IMG/VR virus record: IMGVR_UViG_3300034073_002585
Coordinates: 64,001 to 128,000 of that record
Direction: 5' to 3' (one strand)
Length of the DNA: 64,000 nt
Source: a virus
Shown here: positions 7,940 through 15,496 of the stretch, in pieces
Numbering within the stretch: the first letter of the stretch is position 1
Layout: each line of letters starts with the position of its first letter
Made by a program: the position numbers and the translations under genes
The notes under the pieces: generated by a model
Database searches by the model: none
The model's input: only the letters and a program-made list of their open reading frames with translations
What the model was told of the DNA's origin: nothing

Positions 7940-8016
7940 GCTTGCCGTTGTGATTTTTGCTGTTGTTGGGTGTATTTATTTTTTGTTCAAACTTTCAACA
8001 CGATTTTGAAATAGAT

Positions 8017-8045
8017 TTGACAACTACTAATCCACCCCCTAGACT
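8017..8045 (+). promoter_or_regulatory. sigmaA-type promoter
   Basis: TTGACA-17 bp-TAGACT. Confidence 0.75.
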
Positions 8046-8108
8046 GATTACATCAGTTCAGAAGTAGAGCTGATAACCGAAACTAGATAACTACAAAGGG
8101 GAGACGAA

Positions 8109-8474
8109 ATGTCCACAATTACTAAAGCAGTAGCAAAGGCTGAGCAGGCACAGGTTGCCGAAGGCAAAGCCACCAAGCGAATCGTAGATGCGGTCAAGGA
8201 GCTAGTAGAGCTTAGGGCTGAAATCGCAGAGCTTGAGAAGCGTAAGAACTCACTTACCGCAGAGCTAGAGCAGGTGTTCGGTGTAGACAAAGAAGCCAAG
8301 ACTTCAAAGCACACCACACTTACCTACCACGGTGTAGATGTTGTTCGCTACGAATGGCGCAAGCGTAAAGGGATTGACGAGGAGAAACTAGCCAAGGACT
8401 TCCCAGAAGCTTACGAAGCTTGCTACAAGGCAGACAAGACCGTATACGGCTTGATAGTGTCACTGTTCAAGTAA
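8109..8474 (+). CDS. Hypothetical coiled-coil protein, paralog of 553-891
   Basis: SD AAAGGGGAG; shared C-terminal IDxxxLAxxxPEAxxAC. Confidence 0.8.
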   Translation: MSTITKAVAKAEQAQVAEGKATKRIVDAVKELVELRAEIAELEKRKNSLTAELEQVFGVDKEAKTSKHTTLTYHGVDVVRYEWRKRKGIDEEKLAKDFPEAYEACYKADKTVYGLIVSLFK

Positions 8475-8481
8475 ACCGAAA

Positions 8482-8513
8482 GACCCCTAGTCAGAAATGG
8501 CTAGGGGTTTTTT
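8482..8513 (+). terminator. Intrinsic terminator
   Basis: ACCCCTAGTCA-GAAA-TGGCTAGGGGT-TTTTT. Confidence 0.85.
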
Positions 8514-9243
8514 CATTTCTGGCACAGTGCCGTAGTTAGTTAGAGGCTATACAAAAAATAAATACAGGTATGCCGTTCGAGTATTCTGCCGTGATTGCTC
8601 ATTGAGTCAGGTGAAGTTGTTATGCCGTAGATGGTTATACCCCCATAGCCCTAACCATTGAGGGGGGTGTAGCTGTCCCCTACAAGCCTTAGAGCCCGTA
8701 GCAGACCCACTCCCCAGACATAAGTAGGGCAAAGTCTCTAACCCACCACCTAAGTCTGTCTGCCGTAAAGCTGATAAATGCCCCTAAGAAGTCATAGAAG
8801 CTCTTTAAAGGGCATTGGCACTCTTATCTATGTCCCAGACAGGTAAAAGCTTTCTAGGAGCAACCTAGACCCTTATAGCTACAACTTATGAACTCACTCT
8901 TATTCGATGTCATAGCTAGACCTTGACTAGAAGCATTAGCTAGTTGTCTAGGCACTCTTTGACAGGTTTTTTCAATACCCCCTAGACAAGACAAGGAGTT
9001 TGTCACGACATTCTTGGCAGGCATACCCCCTAGGGTATGGAAACAATCTGGAAGGCACCATTTCACAACCGCTGCCCTCTCACCCGCCAAAAGCAGTCAA
9101 CGCTAAGGTACTAAATCTTCCGCTACGGACACCCCCTCTTTTTTGAAAAACTACCCCACCCCCCTTTCTAAAATGCCCTAAAAATTTCCAAAAATTTTTT
9201 AAAAAAATAAACGCCCCTATTTTTACCCCTTAAAATAGAATCC

Positions 9244-9741
9244 ATGTCTCGAAGAACAGCACGTGGACAACAGCTTCCTCCTCACGAGGTCGAGCTCTTG
9301 AACACACTAAAAGGCGAGCAGCGCATTGAGCGCGTAGCGGCGTTATTTAACGCGGGATGGTCACTTCAGACCATTGGGGATTCACTACTGCCAAAGCACC
9401 CACGCTCCACTGTACGCTCTTGGGTTCTTCGAGCTAGCGGGCTCAACACACTAGACGCCCCTATTCCAACACCAAAATTAAAAACACCAGAAGGCGGATA
9501 CCAAAAGGTAAAACCCGAGTCTCCAGGAATCCCGCAAGGCGACCTTGAGCAAATCCGCTACCTGGCTCCTCTGGCGAGAACGTACCGTTCACGTATGTCC
9601 TCAACGTCAGCATACGCCGTTGCCAACCAGCGTCTAACCGACCTGTGCAAGCGGCTCCATGAAAATAATGTCTCAGTGCGTGAACTGGCTGAGGCTGCGG
9701 GCGTAACATACCGAGCTATGTACAAGAGGCTCTTCCTCTAG
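9244..9741 (+). CDS. Double HTH DNA-binding protein
   Basis: AGWSLQTIG..RSTVRSW and VSVRELAEAAGVTYRAMYKRL; probably leaderless (TAAAAT 7 nt upstream of ATG). Confidence 0.75.
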   Translation: MSRRTARGQQLPPHEVELLNTLKGEQRIERVAALFNAGWSLQTIGDSLLPKHPRSTVRSWVLRASGLNTLDAPIPTPKLKTPEGGYQKVKPESPGIPQGDLEQIRYLAPLARTYRSRMSSTSAYAVANQRLTDLCKRLHENNVSVRELAEAAGVTYRAMYKRLFL

Positions 9742-9753
9742 CTCCCCGTCAAC

Positions 9754-9783
9754 TTGACAAGTAATAGACGCCCCTATTACCAT
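9754..9783 (+). promoter_or_regulatory. sigmaA-type promoter
   Basis: TTGACA-18 bp-TACCAT upstream of the NlpC/P60 gene. Confidence 0.55.
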
Positions 9784-9834
9784 ACCCTCAACAACTAAAT
9801 AAGACCAAGTACTAACGCAAGGAAAGGTAGGTCG

Positions 9835-10515
9835 ATGTTAGCCAACACCAAACACCAAAAAGATAGGATGGTTTTCTCCATCCTCTCGACGCTGCTATTC
9901 ATAACGGCGTCCAGCGCAATCTATACAACCCCATCCGCCAACGCCGTTCAAGAAAAGGCATTGGAGGCAAAACTAATAACGTACACGGTTCCTGCTCCGC
10001 CAGAGAATCTATTCAACACAATCTCCACGCTTGACAGGTTTACAAACAAAATCTCTGAGCTGGAAGAAACGATTCAACAAAGAGAATCAACTATTTACAT
10101 CGTAAAAACCCGTGCCGAGCAAGACCTTGAGGCACTACGGAACACTTACGTTTCCATGGACCAAGCCCTCATCGAGCTGTCCAGTTACGTAGGCGAAACC
10201 CCCTACGGCTTCGGAGACACCCCCGCACGCTGGGACTGCTCTGGCCTAACTCTCTGGTTCTACCAGACTTACCGAGGCATAACCCTCCCACACTCCGCTA
10301 CAGCTCAAAAGCTTGGCGGTACTGAAGTAGGCGCACCTATTCCAGGTGATTTAGTTGCCTTTAGCTACGGTAACCGTTCTGAGGCGTTCCATATCGGCGT
10401 CTACGTTGGCTCAGGTATGTTTATTCACGCAAAGAACCCAAATGCTGATACAGTGCTAGAAACTTTGGATTCTTTTGTAAAAAATAATATTACAGTTGCA
10501 TATATCCGCTACTAG
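9835..10515 (+). CDS. Secreted NlpC/P60 cell-wall peptidase
   Basis: N-terminal hydrophobic signal, coiled coil, GETPYGFG..WDCSGLT..PGDLVAF..HIGVYVGSGMFIHA. Confidence 0.9.
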   Translation: MLANTKHQKDRMVFSILSTLLFITASSAIYTTPSANAVQEKALEAKLITYTVPAPPENLFNTISTLDRFTNKISELEETIQQRESTIYIVKTRAEQDLEALRNTYVSMDQALIELSSYVGETPYGFGDTPARWDCSGLTLWFYQTYRGITLPHSATAQKLGGTEVGAPIPGDLVAFSYGNRSEAFHIGVYVGSGMFIHAKNPNADTVLETLDSFVKNNITVAYIRY

Positions 10516-10530
10516 TGCTATGCTAGGAGC

Positions 10531-10725
10531 ATGAATTACGAAAAACTAGTTCCGCTCCTAGCAATGGTGGCTATTACGATTATTATTGCTGCACCAGCAA
10601 TGAAGAGAATCGTTAGCAACATCCTAGAAGCCAGACGTATCCGCCGACACAAGAAAAACCTTCCTGGTCCACTCCTTGGTGTCGTATACCCTCCCCACAA
10701 GACAACCGACAAAGAGACAGACTAA
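10531..10725 (+). CDS. Small membrane protein
   Basis: One TM then basic tail. Confidence 0.65.
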   Translation: MNYEKLVPLLAMVAITIIIAAPAMKRIVSNILEARRIRRHKKNLPGPLLGVVYPPHKTTDKETD

Positions 10726-10727
10726 CC

Positions 10728-10895
10728 ATGAAGCTATACCTGTTTTTACGTTCCATCATTTGGACCGCCGTTTTTTCAGTACTAGCCGCCGTTCTGACAT
10801 TAATATCGGCGTTTACCGCACCAACCCTAGCTATCCCGCTAGGACTAATCTCCGTTTCCCTAGCAATTCTTTCTCCTAGAAGGAGCGACTACTAA
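10728..10895 (+). CDS. 55-aa 2-TM membrane protein (not in ORF track)
   Basis: MKLYLFLRSIIWTAVF...ILSPRRSDY*. Confidence 0.6.
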   Translation: MKLYLFLRSIIWTAVFSVLAAVLTLISAFTAPTLAIPLGLISVSLAILSPRRSDY

Positions 10896-11065
10896 TGTTC
10901 GAGCCTTCCTCTGAAGCAATTATTTGGATTCTAGGTATTATTACAACTTTTCTAGCCGTTATTGTTTTGGTTACGGTTATTGCAGTAATATTTACCTTCA
11001 CGGGACCGCCACACGACATTCATGACGTAGAAATTGACGGAACCCCTAAGAAAAGAGATAAATGA
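10895..11065 (+). CDS. 56-aa 1-TM membrane protein (not in ORF track)
   Basis: SD AAGGAG, TAATG coupling; MFEPSSEAIIWILGII... Confidence 0.6.
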   Translation: MFEPSSEAIIWILGIITTFLAVIVLVTVIAVIFTFTGPPHDIHDVEIDGTPKKRDK

Positions 11066-11346
11066 AAATGGCCTACACAAAGATAATTTCTGTAAGCACC
11101 TATGACGACTTTAGAGAAATGCTGCCAAGTAGTGGCGTCTTTGATATGACTGACTGCTCCATACAGATTTGGTGCCCGCAGGAGTCAGACACTAAAGAAG
11201 TGGAACGAATGGTTCATTTAGTTGAATCAATGGTTCACGTAACCGATGTTCAAATAGGTTCAAGGATAGAAGATATGGCTGAAGATAAGTACAGCGTAGT
11301 TATCACTGAAATTCAGAACAATATCCGAAATAAATACTTGAGCTAG
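11062..11346 (+). CDS. Hypothetical protein
   Basis: 94-aa ORF coupled to upstream gene. Confidence 0.65.
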   Translation: MKMAYTKIISVSTYDDFREMLPSSGVFDMTDCSIQIWCPQESDTKEVERMVHLVESMVHVTDVQIGSRIEDMAEDKYSVVITEIQNNIRNKYLS

Positions 11347-11361
11347 AGAGTAGGAAAATAA

Positions 11362-11940
11362 ATGACAACCGACGATAAGAAATACATCAAGAAGAATCAG
11401 CAGCTTCCTACAGAGATAAAGCTCGAGTTTGACAAACTCTCTGGGAATAATGCCATGAGAGATATCCTGATTAAGAATCTAGTTGACGCTAACTGGACTT
11501 ACGAGGCAATCTCAAATGCGAGTGGACTCACTAGAGAGCGAGTTCGTCAGATTGCAAATGCTGTAGAGCGTCTGGCAGACGAGTTTCAGTATGACTTAAA
11601 TATTGAAATTCCAGAGCCGCCAGTTAAGCCTGAAAGGCCTAAAGCGCAGTACGTGGAGCCAAGTCCAGAGACTCTCAAGCGCCTACTGGAACTTCAGCCT
11701 TACGCTCAGCTAGTTAGAGCAAATGGACAGAAGTATCGCAAAGAGGCAGAAGAATACACCGCTCTGCTTAACCACGCTCACACGGTTGAGGGAGTTACCC
11801 TCTACCGACTAGCTAAGCGTCTAGGAGTTACCCACGGTGCTCTACGCTTCAGACTTGTACGTTACGGTTACAAGAAACCAGTTACTGCAACCAGTAAGGT
11901 CTACCAACCAATCATCAAAGACAACAGAGTGACGAACTAA
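11362..11940 (+). CDS. Double HTH DNA-binding protein, paralog of 9244-9741
   Basis: NWTYEAISNASGLTRERVRQI (sigma region-4-like HTH) and VTLYRLAKRLGVTHGALRFRL. Confidence 0.8.
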   Translation: MTTDDKKYIKKNQQLPTEIKLEFDKLSGNNAMRDILIKNLVDANWTYEAISNASGLTRERVRQIANAVERLADEFQYDLNIEIPEPPVKPERPKAQYVEPSPETLKRLLELQPYAQLVRANGQKYRKEAEEYTALLNHAHTVEGVTLYRLAKRLGVTHGALRFRLVRYGYKKPVTATSKVYQPIIKDNRVTN

Positions 11941-11942
11941 CA

Positions 11943-12170
11943 ATGCAAACAATTGAAGAGCTATATCACAAGGACATTCATCAGGAAAGATTTGCTATGC
12001 TTGTTGCTGCAAGGGTAAACGAAATCCTGTCTGGAACTGCCGCTGTTTTGGAATTTCCAAAGGCTGGTGGCGTGTTTAACACTCCAGAGGAAGAAGTCCT
12101 ACTATTCGCAGATGTAATCGCAAGAGTAGTCTGCGCAAACCTAAACCAAGGAGAGGAAATCGTTGAGTAA
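11943..12170 (+). CDS. Hypothetical protein
   Basis: 75-aa ORF between HTH gene and katG. Confidence 0.6.
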   Translation: MQTIEELYHKDIHQERFAMLVAARVNEILSGTAAVLEFPKAGGVFNTPEEEVLLFADVIARVVCANLNQGEEIVE

Positions 12171-14352
12171 CTACGACGTAAACGACAGCTCTGCTGCCAA
12201 GTGCCCAGTTCCGCATGGAACTGCAGGAGGAGCGTCCGCAGAGATGGGAACAACTAACAATGACTGGTGGCCAAACCAGATTAGTGTTGACCCGCTACTA
12301 AAGGGTAACCCAAAGAGTGACCCGTACGAAGATGACTTCGACTACGTTGAGGAGTTTAACTCCCTGAACTTAGACGAGCTTAAGGCAGACATTGTTGCCT
12401 GCATGAAGGACAGCCAGCCTTGGTGGCCAGCAGATTACGGACACTATGGTCCGCTATTCATTCGCATGGCTTGGCACTCAGCTGGAACCTACCGCGTAAG
12501 CGACGGCCGTGGCGGTGGAGGCGAAGGTCTACAGCGTTTCGCTCCGCTTAACAGCTGGCCAGACAACGTAAACCTAGATAAGGCTCGCCGTCTACTATGG
12601 CCAGTCAAGAAGAAGTACGGCCGCAAGATTAGCTGGGCTGACCTAATGATTCTCGCTGGTAACGTTGCTCTTGAGGACATGGGCTTCCCAACCTTCGGGT
12701 TTGCTGGTGGACGTGCAGACGTCTGGGAGCCAGACAACACTTACTGGGGCAACGAGACCGAGTGGCTAGCCAACAAGCGTTACGAGCCAGGCCGCGAAGC
12801 TGACTCTCTAGAGGACCCGCTAGCTGCTGTACAGATGGGTCTTATCTACGTAAACCCAGAGGGTCCAGATGGCAACCCAGACTTCAAGCTGGCTGCTGCT
12901 GACATTCGCACCACCTTTGCCCGCATGGCCATGAACGACGAGGAGACTGTTGCTCTGATTGCTGGTGGTCACGCCTTCGGTAAGACTCACGGTGCTGGAC
13001 CTGCAGACCAGGTTGGCCCAGAGCCAGAGGCTAACGACAAGCTAGAATCTGTTGGCCTTGGCTGGGAGAACTCTCAGGGCACTGGACATGGCGCTGACAC
13101 AATCTCCTCTGGTCTAGAGGTTACCTGGACTCCTAACCCGACCCGCTGGGACAACGACTACCTACGCCTCATCTACAAGTACGAGTGGGAGCTAGAAGAG
13201 TCTCCTGCTGGTGCAAAACAGTGGCGTCCAGTAAATGACGAAGTATATCCAGAGGACGTGGCTCCACACGCCCACAACGAGGGTGAAATCGTCATCCCTC
13301 GCATGCTGACTACTGACCTTGCTCTCCGCTTCGGAGACGAGGAGTACGACCGCATCAGCCGTAAGTTCCTAGAGGACTTCGACTACTTCACTGACGTCTT
13401 CGCTCGTGCGTGGTTCAAGTTGACCCACCGCGACATGGGACCACGTGCACGCTACCACGGTCCAGAGGTTCCTCAGGAAGTTCTACTGTGGCAGGACCCA
13501 GTTCCATCTAGCGTTGCTCCAACTGTTCTACAGAAGCAAATGACTCGCATCAAGCTAGACGAGGCTGGTCTAACAATTCCAGCACTTGTTCGAGCTGCAT
13601 GGGCGGCTGCATCAACCTACCGCAACACTGACAAGCGCGGTGGAGCGAACGGTGCACGCATCGCTCTAGAGCCACAGCGTAGCTGGCCAATTAACGCTCA
13701 GGTTAATGGCATTATCGACGAGCTAAAGAAGATTCAGCCAGAGTCTGGCATGTCTCTTGCTGACATCATCGTGTTTGCTGGTGGCGACGCAATTGAGCGT
13801 GCTGCAAAGAACGCTGGAGTTCCAGTTGTGGTTGACTTCCTTGGAGGTCGCGGTGACGCAACTCAGGAGCAGACTGACGTTGAGTCCTTCAACCACTTGT
13901 ACCCAGTTGCAGATGCATTTGTTAACTGGAGCCACAAGAAGTATGCAGACTCGCTAGACCGTCTACTAATCGACAAGGCAACCCTTCTAGGGCTGACCCC
14001 TCCAGAGATGGTTGCTCTGTATGGTGGACTACGCGCACTAGGTGTTTCAACCAACGACCACGGCGTACTTACAGACCGTAAGGGCGTCCTCTCTAATGAC
14101 TTCTTTGTCAACATTCTTGACATGGACATCGAGTGGAACCCAGTACTAGATAACCTGTATCAGGGACGCGACCGCAGGACTCAGGAAGTCAAGTGGGTTG
14201 CATCTCGTGCAGACCTAGTATTTGCATCTAACTCAATTCTCCGTGCTTACTCAGAGGTTTACGCTTCTGACGACGGCCTAGAGAAGTTCGTGACTGACTT
14301 TGTCTCTGCATGGACCAAGGTCATGAACAACGACAGGTTCGATGTAAGATAG
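12163..14352 (+). CDS. katG: Catalase-peroxidase
   Basis: [88 protein letters not shown]. Confidence 0.98.
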   Translation: MSNYDVNDSSAAKCPVPHGTAGGASAEMGTTNNDWWPNQISVDPLLKGNPKSDPYEDDFDYVEEFNSLNLDELKADIVACMKDSQPWWPADYGHYGPLFIRMAWHSAGTYRVSDGRGGGGEGLQRFAPLNSWPDNVNLDKARRLLWPVKKKYGRKISWADLMILAGNVALEDMGFPTFGFAGGRADVWEPDNTYWGNETEWLANKRYEPGREADSLEDPLAAVQMGLIYVNPEGPDGNPDFKLAAADIRTTFARMAMNDEETVALIAGGHAFGKTHGAGPADQVGPEPEANDKLESVGLGWENSQGTGHGADTISSGLEVTWTPNPTRWDNDYLRLIYKYEWELEESPAGAKQWRPVNDEVYPEDVAPHAHNEGEIVIPRMLTTDLALRFGDEEYDRISRKFLEDFDYFTDVFARAWFKLTHRDMGPRARYHGPEVPQEVLLWQDPVPSSVAPTVLQKQMTRIKLDEAGLTIPALVRAAWAAASTYRNTDKRGGANGARIALEPQRSWPINAQVNGIIDELKKIQPESGMSLADIIVFAGGDAIERAAKNAGVPVVVDFLGGRGDATQEQTDVESFNHLYPVADAFVNWSHKKYADSLDRLLIDKATLLGLTPPEMVALYGGLRALGVSTNDHGVLTDRKGVLSNDFFVNILDMDIEWNPVLDNLYQGRDRRTQEVKWVASRADLVFASNSILRAYSEVYASDDGLEKFVTDFVSAWTKVMNNDRFDVR

Positions 14353-14531
14353 ATTTAGAGGCACGAACGGCTATCGCTATTGCAGTGACAGGTCGTAACT
14401 CTCTAAAAGGCAAACCGCCAACTAACTCGTGCGGGTAGCCTAAGAGGCGCGGGCTTTGGATTGGGAATTCCCGATTGGGCCCGCGTCTTTTCTATTATGT
14501 TAAAATATTTACCCAACCAGTAAGGAGAACC

Positions 14532-15128
14532 TTGCTATCAGAATTAGTAAGAGAAGAGACAAAGGAAGCGCACAACGCTGCCGAACGTAGTCCGTTTATT
14601 GCTGCCCTTATGAAGGGCGAACTACCCTCTGCTGCATACTTTGACTATCTTGGGCAGCTGGCTCCAATATATGAAGCAATAGAGAAATGGGAAGGTAATC
14701 TTCCATTCTTTGACCGACGCCTCGACCGATTCGACAGAATTATTTCCGACCTTGAGTATCACGGCACTGTTCTTATCTTGGATGAAACTGTTGCTTATGC
14801 TAGACATTTACAAGAGATTGTAAAGAATAAGGAACAAATTAAGATTCTTGCTCACCACTATGTTCGCTATCTCGGTGACCTAAGTGGAGGTCAGGCTATT
14901 GGTGCCCTAATTGCGCGTAATCTGTCCATCCCACCGAACTTCCTATCTTTTTACGAGTTTGATGATATTGGTGACCGCGTTCGCTACAAAGAAACTTACA
15001 GAGAAAATTTAGACACGCTAATCTCTGAAGAGAGCTACGAAGAGTTCATTGAAGAGGCAAAGCTTGCTTTCGAATACACCAGAAAAATTTTCTTCGCTTT
15101 AGGCGAAAAGTGGGACACTAATTTCTAA
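14532..15128 (+). CDS. Heme oxygenase (HmuO/HO1 family)
   Basis: LSELVREETKEAHNAAE (proximal His), AHHYVRYLGDLSGGQ, EEAKLAFE; TTG start after SD AAGGAG. Confidence 0.93.
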   Translation: MLSELVREETKEAHNAAERSPFIAALMKGELPSAAYFDYLGQLAPIYEAIEKWEGNLPFFDRRLDRFDRIISDLEYHGTVLILDETVAYARHLQEIVKNKEQIKILAHHYVRYLGDLSGGQAIGALIARNLSIPPNFLSFYEFDDIGDRVRYKETYRENLDTLISEESYEEFIEEAKLAFEYTRKIFFALGEKWDTNF

Positions 15129-15148
15129 ATCTGTGTTACTATATTTCC

Positions 15149-15369
15149 AACAGCAATCCGACGGGAGAGCTGGAGTATGGCGGAACACCTCCAAAGCCAA
15201 ATGGGGGGGGCAACGCACAGGTGGCTCTTAGCAGAGTGGTTAGCGACCGAACATCTGGTCTGTCCAAAATGGGTACTACAGAACCGCATTGGCTTGACAG
15301 TGGTAGTAAAAGCAACCCTACCTACTCACCATAACACCCTCGTAGAGATACGGGGGTGTTATACTTTTT
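15149..15369 (+). ncRNA. Candidate structured non-coding RNA
   Basis: Extended -10 (TGTTACTAT) upstream, long-range AAGCCAA.TG/CATTGGCTT pairing, terminator ATAACACCCTCGTA-GAGA-TACGGGGGTGTTAT + T tract. Confidence 0.35.
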
Positions 15370-15400
15370 ACAACCCCGCCAGCCTTAAGGGGTTGGCCCT

Positions 15401-15472
15401 TCCTCTCTAGCTCAATGGCAGAGCAACGAGCTGTTAACTCGTCGGTTCGTGGTTCGAATCCACGGAGGGGAG
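15401..15472 (+). tRNA. tRNA-Asn (GTT)
   Basis: Acceptor TCCTCTC/GAGGGGA, D arm GCTCAATGGCAGAGC, anticodon arm ACGAG-CTGTTAA-CTCGT, T arm CGTGG-TTCGAAT-CCACG; CCA not encoded. Confidence 0.95.
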
Positions 15473-15496
15473 CAATACAGGTAGAATAGAACTCCT

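Larger units (their letters stand above)
439..8566. repeat. 13 exact copies of the 16-bp box TGTATTTATTTTTTGT, one per cassette junction
   Basis: + copies start at 439, 941, 1760, 2288, 3092, 4049, 4614, 5898, 6463, 7374, 7971; inverted copies at 3566-3581 and 8551-8566; each lies just downstream of an intrinsic terminator. Confidence 0.95.

Noticed and set aside
439-8566. CRISPR array interpretation of the 16-bp repeats
   Set aside because: Spacers are 0.5-1.3 kb and contain genes; the repeat is too short; the Cas4-like gene sits in a normal phage recombination block with no cas1/cas2.
439-8566. Classical integron attC cassette array
   Set aside because: No GTTRRRY/RYYYAAC-bounded palindromes, the cassettes carry their own promoters, and no tyrosine recombinase is present in the window.
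8854-9090. 78-aa minus-strand ORF
   Set aside because: No SD, opposite to all neighbouring genes, no motif.
14408-14455. c-di-GMP-I riboswitch (GGCAAACC)
   Set aside because: Only the short word matches; the GNRA-capped P2 and the downstream consensus are missing.
15177-15410. 77-aa ORF in the track
   Set aside because: Runs through a strong terminator and into the tRNA; no recognisable motif.
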